Shown here: positions 16,479-26,873 of the stretch, one piece after another
How positions within the stretch are numbered: position 1 is the stretch's first letter
How the letters are laid out: every line of letters starts with the position of its first letter
NCBI GenBank assembly: GCA_002342205.1
Contig: DDPN01000161.1
Span: forward strand, 5,501-39,295
Length of the DNA stretch: 33,795 bases
Source: Chitinophagaceae bacterium UBA2467
GTDB lineage: Bacteria; Bacteroidota; Bacteroidia; Chitinophagales; Chitinophagaceae
Reading direction: 5' to 3'
Translations under genes and position numbers: made by a program
Notes under the pieces: generated by a model
The model's database searches: none
What the model was told of the DNA's origin: nothing
What the model saw: only the letters and a program-made list of their open reading frames with translations

Positions 16479-16820
16479 ATGTCCACAGAAAAAGCACAAG
16501 TTGAAAATAAGCAAGACTGGAAGCGATGGCTGAATTATCAGTCTATTGTGCAGCAGGTCCCTTACTTTCTTTTTCTGGCCTTTTTGGCAGTGTGTTATAT
16601 CTACAACGGACACCAGGCTGATAAAACGATTCGGGCAATCAACCGTACGGAGCGTGAGGTGAAAGAGTTGAATTATGAGTATAAGACAGTCAAGGGAGAA
16701 TTGATAGCACGAAGTAAACAAAGTGAATTAATAAAAGCAGTAGAACCCCTCGGATTGAAAGAGTTGATAGTAGCACCAATTGTTTTGGTCGACAGTTCCG
16801 CTCCTCAACCGGCTCAATAA
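16479..16820 (+). CDS. ftsL: FtsL-like cell division protein
   Basis: Single TM helix followed by a coiled coil, between rsmH and ftsI. ATG 16479 preferred. Confidence 0.8.
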   Translation: MSTEKAQVENKQDWKRWLNYQSIVQQVPYFLFLAFLAVCYIYNGHQADKTIRAINRTEREVKELNYEYKTVKGELIARSKQSELIKAVEPLGLKELIVAPIVLVDSSAPQPAQ

Positions 16821-16825
16821 AAACA

Positions 16826-18958
16826 GTGGAAGTAAAAAAAGACATATTGTGGAGAGTCTATCTCTCTTTTATCGGACTAGCCTTATTGGGCGTGCTAGTG
16901 GTAGGTCGCGCTTTCTATATTCAACGAGTAGAAGGGGCTTACTGGAGAAATTTAAGTGATAGCTTACACCAACGTTTTGTAACACTTGATGCACAACGAG
17001 GAACTATTTACAGCGAAGACGGTCAGTTTTTAAGTACTTCGGTTCCCACTTTTGATATCTATCTAGATCTGTGCGCAGATGGATTACGTGAGAAAAAGGG
17101 AAAGCGATTCAGAGAAAATATTGATTCATTCAGTATCGCCCTATCTGCCTTGTTTCAGGATAAAACAGCTGCAGCTTATAAGTCCGAAATCGTAAATGCC
17201 TGGGAGAAGAAATCTCGCTATTACCCTCTCAAAAAGAAATTGAATTTTGCTACGTATAAATTGTTCCGCCAATTACCACTGGTTCGATTAGGTGCGAATC
17301 GAAGTGGGGTCATTGTGGAAACAAGTAGTAAGCGTTTGGTACCATTTGGAATTCTTGCCGGTCGCACCATTGGATTATCCCGAGAGCATCTTGCCAGTGA
17401 TGGAAAAGTAAAAAAACAAAATGTTGGTATTGAAAAGAGCTACGACTCCGTATTAAGTGGGCGTGACGGGCAAAAATTAATTCGCTTTGTTTCGGGTGGT
17501 GCTGCTATTCCAATAGCTGGTTACGAAACTGAACCTGATCACGGAAAAGATGTATACACTACATTGGATCTTCGTTTACAGGATATTACGGAAACTGCCT
17601 TGATGCGAATGATGTTGCAAAGCGAGGCGCTTTACGGCACTGCAATCGTGATGGAGACAGCCACTGGAAAGATTAAAGCCATTGCAAATCTTGGAAGACG
17701 TCCGGATGGTCATTACTGGGAAGATGACAACTATTCCTTGCGTACAACAGAACCTGGCTCCACTATAAAGCTGGCCACTTTATTATCTGTTCTAGAAAAA
17801 AAGACTAGTAAGATTAGTGATCCTGTTGAAGTGGGTAGTGCAGGTAAAGCGATGGTGGGCCCTAAACTAGTATACGATGCGGAACGGTCCCCCAAGCCAT
17901 TTTTAACGGTAGCCGAGTGTTTTGCACATAGTTCCAATGTTGGAATGAGTAAACTGGCGCTAAAGGCTTTTGGTAAAAATCCTAGTGAGTTAAAGGAGTA
18001 TTTACAGCGTTTTCATTTAGATACTCGCTCACCCATTGATCTCATGAATGTGCCTAAGCCTCGTATGGCCCCATTGAATGAAAAGGGAAGTGCTTTGGGT
18101 AATATGCTTTGGATGAGTTTTGGATATGCATTACAAGTAAGCCCATTACATACACTCACTCTTTACAATGCAGTGGCTAATAATGGGGTCATGATGAAGC
18201 CCTATTTAGTGAGCCGTGTACAACAAGGAGGAATTATTTACAAAGAATTTACACCTACCATCATTGATGAAAATATTTGCAGACCCGATGTGATTGCAGC
18301 AGCAAAAACCTCTATGGAAATGGTGGTATCAGAAGGTACAGCACGTCGGGCTTTTGAGGGGATGCCTTTTGCAGTAGCTGGAAAAACTGGAACAGCGTTG
18401 GTAGCGGACGGACCTATCAAATACAGTGACAGAGTTTATCAGGCATCCTTTGTAGGATACTTCCCAGCTGATCGACCTCAATATAGTTGTATTGTGGTCG
18501 TACGCACCAAGCCTTTTGCGGCATCTCACTATGGCGGAACGGTAGCAGCGCCTGTGTTTCGTGAAATCGCGTTGAAAGCGTATGCATTGTTTGTTGACCG
18601 TAAGGATGCTTCGCAATTCGCAATGAACAGAGATAGCTCACTTTATTACTATGCAGGCTATGCCCCGGATATTCAAAAGATTTATCGTTCACTTGACTTG
18701 AAATACACGGATTCTATTGCAAACGGGTCATGGGGAAGAGCGTATGCCGAAAATGGAAAGGCTATTATCAAAACACAACCTGTGCGAAAGCAAGTGATGC
18801 CGAATGTGAGAGGCATGGCGTTGAAAGATGCTCTTTTTCTTTTGGAAAATATGGGCGTACAAGTACAAGTGAGAGGAAGAGGAAAAATTGTATCACAATC
18901 TATTCCGCCAGGAACTGCTTTGGACAGACCACTGCAGTTGTTGTTGGAATTGAGTTGA
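16826..18958 (+). CDS. ftsI: Septal transpeptidase FtsI/PBP3 with C-terminal PASTA domain
   Basis: N-terminal TM, RGTIY, SxxK (GSTIK), SxN (HSSN), KTG (GKTGT), PASTA MPNVRGM.LKDA..LLE..G; GTG start. Confidence 0.93.
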   Translation: MEVKKDILWRVYLSFIGLALLGVLVVGRAFYIQRVEGAYWRNLSDSLHQRFVTLDAQRGTIYSEDGQFLSTSVPTFDIYLDLCADGLREKKGKRFRENIDSFSIALSALFQDKTAAAYKSEIVNAWEKKSRYYPLKKKLNFATYKLFRQLPLVRLGANRSGVIVETSSKRLVPFGILAGRTIGLSREHLASDGKVKKQNVGIEKSYDSVLSGRDGQKLIRFVSGGAAIPIAGYETEPDHGKDVYTTLDLRLQDITETALMRMMLQSEALYGTAIVMETATGKIKAIANLGRRPDGHYWEDDNYSLRTTEPGSTIKLATLLSVLEKKTSKISDPVEVGSAGKAMVGPKLVYDAERSPKPFLTVAECFAHSSNVGMSKLALKAFGKNPSELKEYLQRFHLDTRSPIDLMNVPKPRMAPLNEKGSALGNMLWMSFGYALQVSPLHTLTLYNAVANNGVMMKPYLVSRVQQGGIIYKEFTPTIIDENICRPDVIAAAKTSMEMVVSEGTARRAFEGMPFAVAGKTGTALVADGPIKYSDRVYQASFVGYFPADRPQYSCIVVVRTKPFAASHYGGTVAAPVFREIALKAYALFVDRKDASQFAMNRDSSLYYYAGYAPDIQKIYRSLDLKYTDSIANGSWGRAYAENGKAIIKTQPVRKQVMPNVRGMALKDALFLLENMGVQVQVRGRGKIVSQSIPPGTALDRPLQLLLELS

Positions 18959-18974
18959 CATAAATGAACGAAAA

Positions 18975-20435
18975 GTGAAGTTGATTGAATTGTTTGAACA
19001 GATTTCAGTTCAGTCTATTCAAGGATCAATGGAAACAGAGATTCTCGAGTTGGCAACTGATTCGCGTCAAGTGAAGAAGGGAACACTTTTCATTGCGGTA
19101 AAAGGAACAAAGGTTGATGGCAATGAGTTCATTGAAAAGGCTATTGCAGCGGGTGCTGTCGCAATTGTTTCGGAGCACAGCCCTCAACAACCTGTATCTG
19201 CAGTTTGGATACAGGTTGAAGATGCCACCGCTGCAGTAGGTTGGATAGCTGCTGGTTTTTATCGAAACCCCAGTGCTTCAGTGAAAGTAACGGGAGTCAC
19301 GGGAACCAACGGTAAAACAACAATAGCAACCTTGCTATACAAGCTCTTTACAAGACGGGGATATACATGTGGATTAATTAGTACGGTAGAAAATCGTATT
19401 GGTGATAAAGTGGTACCTGCCACACATACGACACCTGATGCAATCAACTTGCAACAACTTTTATATCAAATGAAGAATGCAGGTTGTACGCATGTGTTTA
19501 TGGAGGTGAGTTCTCACGCTATTCATCAACATCGAATTGCCGGAATTTCTTTTGCGGGTGGAGTCTTTAGTAATATCACACATGATCATTTGGATTATCA
19601 TCAAACTTTTGATGCCTACATCCAGGTTAAAAAATCCTTCTTTGATCATTTGCCTACTTCTGCATTTGCGATTAGTAATGCAGATGATAAGCGGGGAAAA
19701 GTGATGTTGCAAAATACCCATGCGCAAAAAAAATATTATGCACTCAAAACCACTGCTGATTTCAAGGGTAAAATTTTGGAGAATACCTTGGAAGGATTGC
19801 AAATGGATATTGATGAACAGCCGGTACACTTTCGATTGATTGGTTCATTCAATGCCTATAATCTGCTAGCTGTTTATGGTGCTGCTGTTGAATTAGGTCT
19901 GAATAAAATGGACATATTGACCACCTTGAGTGAATTGACAGGAGCACCCGGACGATTTGAGTGTTTGGTCTCGCCTCATGAAAAGTTGATGGTAATTGTT
20001 GACTATGCGCATACACCTGATGCTTTGTTGAATGTGCTCACCACCATTAAGCAATTCAGAACACCTGATCAGCAAATTACTACTGTTACAGGTTGCGGAG
20101 GAGACAGAGATCGTACCAAACGACCCTTGATGGCAGCTGCTGTGTGTGCACATAGTGATCGAGTCATTTTTACCAGTGATAATCCACGCAGTGAAGATCC
20201 TGCAACTATCATAAAAGATATGGAACAGGGTGTAAGTGCGGCCGATCAAAAAAAGTATATCCCCATTTTAGATAGAAAGGAGGCAATTAAAACTGCCATC
20301 GCTTTGTCTAAGCCTGCCGATATCGTGCTGGTAGCTGGAAAAGGTCATGAGACGTATCAGGATGTAAAAGGAGTGAAAGAATATTTTGATGATCGCGAAG
20401 TAGTAAAAGAATGGTTTTTAAAGCTGAATAAATAA
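18975..20435 (+). CDS. murE: UDP-MurNAc-dipeptide:meso-DAP ligase
   Basis: GVTGTNGKTT, MEVSSH, DHLDYH, DYAHTPD, DNPR (meso-DAP specificity), AGKGHE; GTG start. Confidence 0.97.
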   Translation: MKLIELFEQISVQSIQGSMETEILELATDSRQVKKGTLFIAVKGTKVDGNEFIEKAIAAGAVAIVSEHSPQQPVSAVWIQVEDATAAVGWIAAGFYRNPSASVKVTGVTGTNGKTTIATLLYKLFTRRGYTCGLISTVENRIGDKVVPATHTTPDAINLQQLLYQMKNAGCTHVFMEVSSHAIHQHRIAGISFAGGVFSNITHDHLDYHQTFDAYIQVKKSFFDHLPTSAFAISNADDKRGKVMLQNTHAQKKYYALKTTADFKGKILENTLEGLQMDIDEQPVHFRLIGSFNAYNLLAVYGAAVELGLNKMDILTTLSELTGAPGRFECLVSPHEKLMVIVDYAHTPDALLNVLTTIKQFRTPDQQITTVTGCGGDRDRTKRPLMAAAVCAHSDRVIFTSDNPRSEDPATIIKDMEQGVSAADQKKYIPILDRKEAIKTAIALSKPADIVLVAGKGHETYQDVKGVKEYFDDREVVKEWFLKLNK

Positions 20436-20447
20436 AAAGAAAGTAAG

Positions 20448-21725
20448 ATGTTGTATCATTTGTTTGACTGGCTGAATGAAGAAGGGATTCGATTCCCGGG
20501 TAGCCGTGTCTTTGATTTCATCACTTTCCGTACGGCACTTGCTATTCTTCTATCTCTTTTTATAACACTGGTGTATGGAAAAAAGCTGATTCACTTTTTA
20601 CAACGCCATCAAATTGGTGAAAGTATTCGCGAAGAAGGATTAGCAGGTCAGGCAAGTAAGAAGGGAACCCCAACGATGGGAGGAATCATTATTATTCTGG
20701 CGATTTTAATTCCCACTTTATTGTTGGCTGATCTCACTAAAGTATATGTACAACTGATGATTGTTAGTACTATTTGGATGGGAGTGATAGGCTTTATTGA
20801 TGATTATCTCAAATTGAGAAGTAAGAGATTGGCACAAGAGAAAGGAGAGGAATATCGTAAGTCTAATGCAGATGGTTTGGCGGGTTGGTTTAAAATTTTA
20901 GGACAGGTTGGATTAGGGTTAACGGTAGGAGCTACTTTATATTTTAATACAGAGACAGTAATCTGGAGAGAGTACCGTGGAAAAAATCCTCAATCTGACT
21001 CTACCGTTTTTGCAAAAACTTTCAATGGGAAAACACATTACTACGTAGAAACAAAAACGCCCATTACGACTATTCCTTTTGTAAAAAACCATGAGTTTAA
21101 CTACTCTAAACTATTGCCTGTTGCCTGGCGTGATTATACCTGGGTGTTATATATTCTGATTGTCATCTTCATTATTACAGCTGTTTCCAATGGATCGAAT
21201 CTTACAGATGGATTAGATGGGTTAGCAACGGGCACGGCAGCTTTGATTGGTGTTTTATTGGGCGTTTTTGCCTATGCAAGTGGTAATCTGGTTTTTTCCG
21301 ATTACCTCAACATTATGTACATCCCCAATCTTGGTGAGCTTTCAGTCTACATTGCTGCGATGATTGGAGCTTGTGTTGGGTTTTTATGGTACAATTCATT
21401 TCCTGCACAATTATTTATGGGGGATACAGGGAGTTTAATGCTGGGGGGTGTGATTGCAGCGCTTTCTATTATCGTGCACAAAGAATTACTAATTCCAATT
21501 TTCTGCGGTGTGTTTTTGGTAGAGTCGCTCAGTGTTATTCTCCAAGTAGGTTATTTCAAATACACCAAACGTAAATATGGTGAAGGGAGAAGAATTTTTT
21601 TGAAAGCACCCTTGCATCATCACTACCAGGTGCAGGGCTATCATGAGGTAAAAATCGTGACACGATTTTGGATTGTGACAGTGTTATTGGTGGTATTAAG
21701 TATTGTAACCCTTAAGCTTCGTTAG
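20448..21725 (+). CDS. mraY: Phospho-MurNAc-pentapeptide transferase
   Basis: KKGTPTMGG, GFIDDY, NLTDGLDGLA, FMGDTGS, APLHHH. Confidence 0.97.
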   Translation: MLYHLFDWLNEEGIRFPGSRVFDFITFRTALAILLSLFITLVYGKKLIHFLQRHQIGESIREEGLAGQASKKGTPTMGGIIIILAILIPTLLLADLTKVYVQLMIVSTIWMGVIGFIDDYLKLRSKRLAQEKGEEYRKSNADGLAGWFKILGQVGLGLTVGATLYFNTETVIWREYRGKNPQSDSTVFAKTFNGKTHYYVETKTPITTIPFVKNHEFNYSKLLPVAWRDYTWVLYILIVIFIITAVSNGSNLTDGLDGLATGTAALIGVLLGVFAYASGNLVFSDYLNIMYIPNLGELSVYIAAMIGACVGFLWYNSFPAQLFMGDTGSLMLGGVIAALSIIVHKELLIPIFCGVFLVESLSVILQVGYFKYTKRKYGEGRRIFLKAPLHHHYQVQGYHEVKIVTRFWIVTVLLVVLSIVTLKLR

Positions 21726-21744
21726 GCAAGAGGGTAAAAATAAA

Positions 21745-23085
21745 ATGACAATGAAACTTGTCATCATTGGAGGAGGAGAAAGTGGAGTGGGGGCAGCCTT
21801 ACTGGCTAGCCAAATGGGGTATTCGGTTTTTCTCTCTGATGGAAGCTCTTTGAAAGAAAAATATCGTAGCGAACTCCATGAGAAAGGAATTGCTTTTGAA
21901 GAAGGGCAACATGATATGGATAAAATTCTGGCTGCTGACCAAATAGTGAAAAGTCCAGGCATACCAGAAAAGACAGCTGTCATGAAAGCCGTTCGCGCAA
22001 AAGGAATTCCTGTAATTAGCGAAGTGGAGTTAGCCTATCGGTTTAAAGGAGATAGTCGCATCGTGGCAATTACGGGTAGCAATGGAAAGACAACTACAAC
22101 TTCACTGGTCTATCAGTTATGTAAGTCGGCTGGCTTGGATGTAGCATTAGTAGGAAATATTGGCTACTCTTTTGCTCGACAAGTTGCACTGAAACCTCAT
22201 GCATTGTATGTAGTAGAGGTAAGTAGTTTTCAGTTAGACGACATTGATCAGTTTAGGCCCGACATTGCTATCCTAACGAATATCACCGAAGATCATCTGG
22301 ATCGTTACGAATATATTTTTCTTAATTATATCAAGAGCAAGTTTCGGATTACGATGAATCAACGGCCGCAGGATTTTTTCATTTACTGCGCCGATGATGA
22401 AGTGACCCAACAATATATCAGTTCATTCACTATTCAATCAACTCAACTGCCGATCAGCATGAAAAGAGAAGTACCAAATGGAGGGTTTATTAAAGACGGA
22501 GACATGTACATACGTACAGGTAATGAAGTTATGACCATGAGTGTATTTGATTTTGCGCTGAAAGGCAAGCATAATCAATACAACACCATGGCGGCTTGTG
22601 TAGCAGCGGCAACGCTAACCATTCGAAAAGATAAGATCAGAGATGCAGTTCAGCATTTTGAACAACTCGAGCATCGAATGGAATTTGTTGCGACTGTACG
22701 TGGCGTAGAGTTTATCAACGATAGTAAAGCAACCAATATCAATTCTACTTGGTATGCATTAGAAAGTATGACAAAGCCAACTGTTTTGATTTTGGGAGGC
22801 GTAGATAAAGGAAATGATTATTCATTATTACTAGAGGGTGTGAAAGAAAAAGTAAAAGCAATTATTTGTTTGGGTGTTGACACCAAGAAGATTCATGAGG
22901 CTTTTGAAGGAATAGTTCCTACTCTAATTGATACACAAGACGCTGCCGAAGCGGTACAGTTGGCTTTTCGTCTTGCCAGTAAAGGGGATGCTGTGTTATT
23001 GAGTCCAGCTTGCGCAAGTTTTGACTTATTTAAAAATTATGAAGACAGAGGGCAGCAATTTAAAAACGCTGTTCGAGATCTATAA
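21745..23085 (+). CDS. murD: UDP-MurNAc-L-Ala:D-Glu ligase
   Basis: GGGESG, KSPGI, ITGSNGKTT, EVSSFQL, DHLDRY, NDSKATN, LSPACASFD. Start may be 21751. Confidence 0.97.
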   Translation: MTMKLVIIGGGESGVGAALLASQMGYSVFLSDGSSLKEKYRSELHEKGIAFEEGQHDMDKILAADQIVKSPGIPEKTAVMKAVRAKGIPVISEVELAYRFKGDSRIVAITGSNGKTTTTSLVYQLCKSAGLDVALVGNIGYSFARQVALKPHALYVVEVSSFQLDDIDQFRPDIAILTNITEDHLDRYEYIFLNYIKSKFRITMNQRPQDFFIYCADDEVTQQYISSFTIQSTQLPISMKREVPNGGFIKDGDMYIRTGNEVMTMSVFDFALKGKHNQYNTMAACVAAATLTIRKDKIRDAVQHFEQLEHRMEFVATVRGVEFINDSKATNINSTWYALESMTKPTVLILGGVDKGNDYSLLLEGVKEKVKAIICLGVDTKKIHEAFEGIVPTLIDTQDAAEAVQLAFRLASKGDAVLLSPACASFDLFKNYEDRGQQFKNAVRDL

Positions 23086-23087
23086 AC

Positions 23088-24368
23088 ATGGAAACAACCA
23101 GAGACATACGATTGACCGAGCTCCGGAATAGTTTTACCACGGAACGTTTGTTGCAAAAAACAAAGGGTGATAAAGTTATTTGGGCCTTGGTAGTGCTACT
23201 TACCTTAGTTTCCTTGTTAGCAGTGTATAGTGCTACAGGCTCGCTTGCCTACAAATTTTATAAGGGTAATACAGAAGTTTATTTATTCAAACAGGTTGCA
23301 TTTATTCTTGGAGGACTTCTCGTGATCTATGTGGCGCATCTGGTTAATTACACGTTTTATTCAAAGGCAGCACGAATCGTTTATCTGGTTTCAATTCCAC
23401 TTTTAGTCTACACGTTGTTTTTTGGCGTAACAATGAATGAGGGAAGTCGCTGGATTCGATTGCCCTTGATTAATATGACAGTTCAAACCTCTGACCTGGC
23501 AAAACTCGCTTTATTCATGTATCTGGCTCGGTTACTTAGTAAGCGGCAAGATATGATTAAGGAGTTTAAAAAAGGCTATTTGATGGTTATCTGGCCCGTT
23601 GCGGTTACCTGCTTATTGATTGCTCCTGCCAATTTATCTACTGCATTACTCTTGGGTGCTAGTTGCTTATTGTTATTATTTATTGGAAGAGCGAGTACAA
23701 AACATTTATTAATTACCGTAGGACTGGCTTTTATTCCTATTACAATGCTGATTGCTGCTGCTGTTGTTAAACACCAGCAAGAAGAACCTGATGAGCCTAT
23801 CACTGTTGTGAAAAAAGAAGAAGGAGCATTGACAAGGCGTGTGGACACTTGGGTTAGTCGAGTTGAAAGTTTTATCTATGGTAGCACGGATGTTGATACC
23901 GATGAGTACCAAGTTAATCAAGCAAAAATTGCGGTTTCAAAAGGAGGATTGTTGGGTGTGGGACCAGGAAATAGTACTACACGCGACTTTTTACCACAGG
24001 CCTACAATGATTTTATTTATGCAATTATCATAGAGGAGTATGGTTTGTTGGGAGGAGGCTTTATAGTATTTGTGTATCTGGTGTTTCTCTATCGGTGCAT
24101 ACGAATATTTAAGCGTTGTCCATTTGCCTTTGGCGCATTTCTGGCATTAGGACTAAGCTTTACACTGGTCATTCAGGCATTAGCTAACATGGCTGTAACA
24201 GTCAATTTGTTTCCTGTTACAGGTGTTACGTTGCCATTGGTCAGTATGGGAGGAAGCAGCTTCATCTTTACCTGTTTAGCAATTGGAATCATTTTGAGTG
24301 TGGCACGAAATGTAGAACAATTAGAGGGGAAAGATAAAGAGGGAGATGCAAAGGCAGTGGCAGCATGA
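23088..24368 (+). CDS. ftsW: SEDS peptidoglycan polymerase FtsW
   Basis: Multi-TM, RWI.L, Q.SDLAK, GVGPGNS, LPQAYNDFIYAII.EE.G, PVTGVTLPLVSMGGSS. Confidence 0.95.
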   Translation: METTRDIRLTELRNSFTTERLLQKTKGDKVIWALVVLLTLVSLLAVYSATGSLAYKFYKGNTEVYLFKQVAFILGGLLVIYVAHLVNYTFYSKAARIVYLVSIPLLVYTLFFGVTMNEGSRWIRLPLINMTVQTSDLAKLALFMYLARLLSKRQDMIKEFKKGYLMVIWPVAVTCLLIAPANLSTALLLGASCLLLLFIGRASTKHLLITVGLAFIPITMLIAAAVVKHQQEEPDEPITVVKKEEGALTRRVDTWVSRVESFIYGSTDVDTDEYQVNQAKIAVSKGGLLGVGPGNSTTRDFLPQAYNDFIYAIIIEEYGLLGGGFIVFVYLVFLYRCIRIFKRCPFAFGAFLALGLSFTLVIQALANMAVTVNLFPVTGVTLPLVSMGGSSFIFTCLAIGIILSVARNVEQLEGKDKEGDAKAVAA

Positions 24369-25459
24369 GCAGACGAATCATTATAGCGGGAGGCGGGACA
24401 GGGGGGCATATTTTTCCGGCATTAGCTATTGCTGGTGCATTGAAAAAAATGGATTCGTCTATTGAAATTCTCTTTGTAGGCGCAAAGGGAAAAATGGAAA
24501 TGGAAAAAATTCCGCAAGCGGGTTATCCCATCGAGGGACTCGATATAGCGGGTTTCAATAGAAGCTCTTTGATAAAGAATATTGGACTTCCCTGGAAACT
24601 GCTTAAAAGTTTTTGGCAGGTCAGAAAAGTATTGCGTCAATTTAAACCTGATGCCGTACTAGGTGTGGGTGGTTACTCAAGTTATCCTGTTCTACGATTA
24701 GCGCAGGTAAAAGGTATCCCTACATTTCTGCACGAGGCAAATTCTTATGCAGGTCGAAGCAACCAGTTGTTGGCTAAAAAAGTGAATTGTGTTTTTGCAG
24801 GTGTTTTGGGACTAGATCGATTTTTCCCAGCTGAAAAGGTTTGTTACACAGGCAATCCGGTAAGAGATGTTATTACGCAGCCTTTGCCAAGTTTGGAAGA
24901 GAGTCGTAAGCACTTTAAGCTGGATTCAAATCGACCAACCTTATTAGTTGTTGGTGGAAGCTTAGGGGCCCGTTCCATTAATGAAGCCATCAGCAATGGA
25001 TTGGACCGATTATTAGCTGCTAATATCCAGGTGATTTGGCAAACAGGAAAACCCTTCGCATCACAAGCTGAAAAAGTTTGTAGTGGTAAGCAAGGTGTTT
25101 GGACGGGCGCATTCATTCAGCAGATGGAAATGGCTTATGCTGCATCCACGCTCATTGTTGCACGAGCAGGTGCGATGACCGTTGCAGAAATAGCAGTTGT
25201 AGCCAAGCCAGCCATTTTTATTCCGTTTCCGCATGCGGCCGAAGATCATCAAACCGCAAATGCAATGCAGTTAGTAAAGCGTCAAGCTGGGTTATTGATT
25301 GCTGATCATGAGGCAGCGACGCAATTGGTTTCTGCAGTAATTGAATTGTGTAGTGACGAAGAAAAACGCAAACAAATGACAGAACAAATTCGGCCATTAG
25401 GAATTCGAGATGCTGGTCAACGTGTTGCAGTCGAGTTATTGAAAAGGATAAAGGCTTAA
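24365..25459 (+). CDS. murG: Lipid II GlcNAc transferase
   Basis: GGGTGGHIFPA, GGYSS, HEAN, GNPVR, GGSLGA, RAGA, DHQ..NA. Confidence 0.97.
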   Translation: MSRRIIIAGGGTGGHIFPALAIAGALKKMDSSIEILFVGAKGKMEMEKIPQAGYPIEGLDIAGFNRSSLIKNIGLPWKLLKSFWQVRKVLRQFKPDAVLGVGGYSSYPVLRLAQVKGIPTFLHEANSYAGRSNQLLAKKVNCVFAGVLGLDRFFPAEKVCYTGNPVRDVITQPLPSLEESRKHFKLDSNRPTLLVVGGSLGARSINEAISNGLDRLLAANIQVIWQTGKPFASQAEKVCSGKQGVWTGAFIQQMEMAYAASTLIVARAGAMTVAEIAVVAKPAIFIPFPHAAEDHQTANAMQLVKRQAGLLIADHEAATQLVSAVIELCSDEEKRKQMTEQIRPLGIRDAGQRVAVELLKRIKA

Positions 25460-26871
25460 TGAAACAGATAGTCGTAAATACAGATTTGCTGCGGAGTCCA
25501 TTCAAGGGTACTGAGGGGATTGATCAGATCTGTTTTGTAGGTATTGGTGGAATTGGCATGAGTGCATTAGCTCGATTTTTTTTAGAAAGAGGAATTAGAG
25601 TAAGTGGATATGATAAAACCAGAACGGCGCTGACTCAACAATTGGAAAAGCAGGGAATGAACATTCATTATGAAGATCAAATTGAGAATGTTGATAAAGA
25701 GGCGACTGTTGTAGTCTATACTCCCGCTATACCAGGGGATCATCAAGAGTTGAACTGGTATAAAAAAAATGGGTATACAGTATGGAAGCGAAGTGATTTG
25801 CTTCAACGTATAACTGATAGCTCTTTGAACATTTGTATTGCAGGAACACATGGTAAAACTACCACTAGCACATTGGTAGCGCATATCCTTCGGGATAGCC
25901 AAATGGGTTGCAATGCTTTTTTAGGAGGAATTGCGAGTAACTACGAAACTAACTACTGGAGTAGTAGGACTAATTGCTGTGTGGTGGAAGCAGATGAATA
26001 TGACCGTAGCTTTTTGAAGTTGAAGCCGCAGGTTGCTGTCATCACAGCGATGGATCCAGATCATTTAGATATCTATGGTACTGCAGCAGAGATGGAGGAA
26101 GCTTTTTTGCAGTTCAGCAGTTTGGTGGCACCCGATGGACTGTTGATTTACAAAAAAGGTTTAAAGCGTGCAACAGAGCTACGGGCTAAGCAGCTATGCA
26201 GTTATCATCTGAGTGACACAACGGCGGATTGCTATGCAACAGACTTGAAAGTAGAAAAGGGTAGCTATCATTTTTCTGTTCATGTGTGTGGTAAAACACT
26301 AGCTGGTTTTGAGCTTTCAATGGGTGGATTGCATAATGTAGAAAACACAGTAGCTGCAGTTTCTATTGCGAGTATGCTTGGAATTGAGGAGAGTAAGATT
26401 AAAAAAGCGGTGGCTTCATTTCGAGGTGTGCAGCGAAGATTTGAAGTAATCTGGAAAGATGCAAATCGTGTGTGGATCGATGATTATGCGCATCACCCAG
26501 CTGAGTTGCAGGCCTTGATCACAGGCGTACGTTCGTTGTATGGAAGTAAAAAATGTACAATCATTTTTCAGCCGCATCTGTACACGCGAACAAGAGACTT
26601 GGCCAAGGAGTTTGGCGAGGCTTTATCAGGTGCGGATGAGGTGATTTTGTTGCCCATTTATCCTGCAAGAGAATTACCCATTGAGGGAGTGAGTAGTGAG
26701 TTGATTAAGCAAAATATAAATGACAAACCGGTATCACTCTTTGATAAGAATCAAGTGTTGAGCTGGTTTACTGAAGAAATGAAAAAAGAAAACGAACAAA
26801 ACATAATTATAACAGCAGGGGCTGGTGATATTGACCAGTTACTGCCAACTATGAAAAATATAATAAGGTAG
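25459..26871 (+). CDS. murC: UDP-MurNAc:L-Ala ligase
   Basis: GIGGIGMS, AGTHGKTTTS, EADEYD, DDYAHHP, FQPHLYTRT, GAGDI. Confidence 0.97.
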   Translation: MKQIVVNTDLLRSPFKGTEGIDQICFVGIGGIGMSALARFFLERGIRVSGYDKTRTALTQQLEKQGMNIHYEDQIENVDKEATVVVYTPAIPGDHQELNWYKKNGYTVWKRSDLLQRITDSSLNICIAGTHGKTTTSTLVAHILRDSQMGCNAFLGGIASNYETNYWSSRTNCCVVEADEYDRSFLKLKPQVAVITAMDPDHLDIYGTAAEMEEAFLQFSSLVAPDGLLIYKKGLKRATELRAKQLCSYHLSDTTADCYATDLKVEKGSYHFSVHVCGKTLAGFELSMGGLHNVENTVAAVSIASMLGIEESKIKKAVASFRGVQRRFEVIWKDANRVWIDDYAHHPAELQALITGVRSLYGSKKCTIIFQPHLYTRTRDLAKEFGEALSGADEVILLPIYPARELPIEGVSSELIKQNINDKPVSLFDKNQVLSWFTEEMKKENEQNIIITAGAGDIDQLLPTMKNIIR

Positions 26872-26873
26872 CG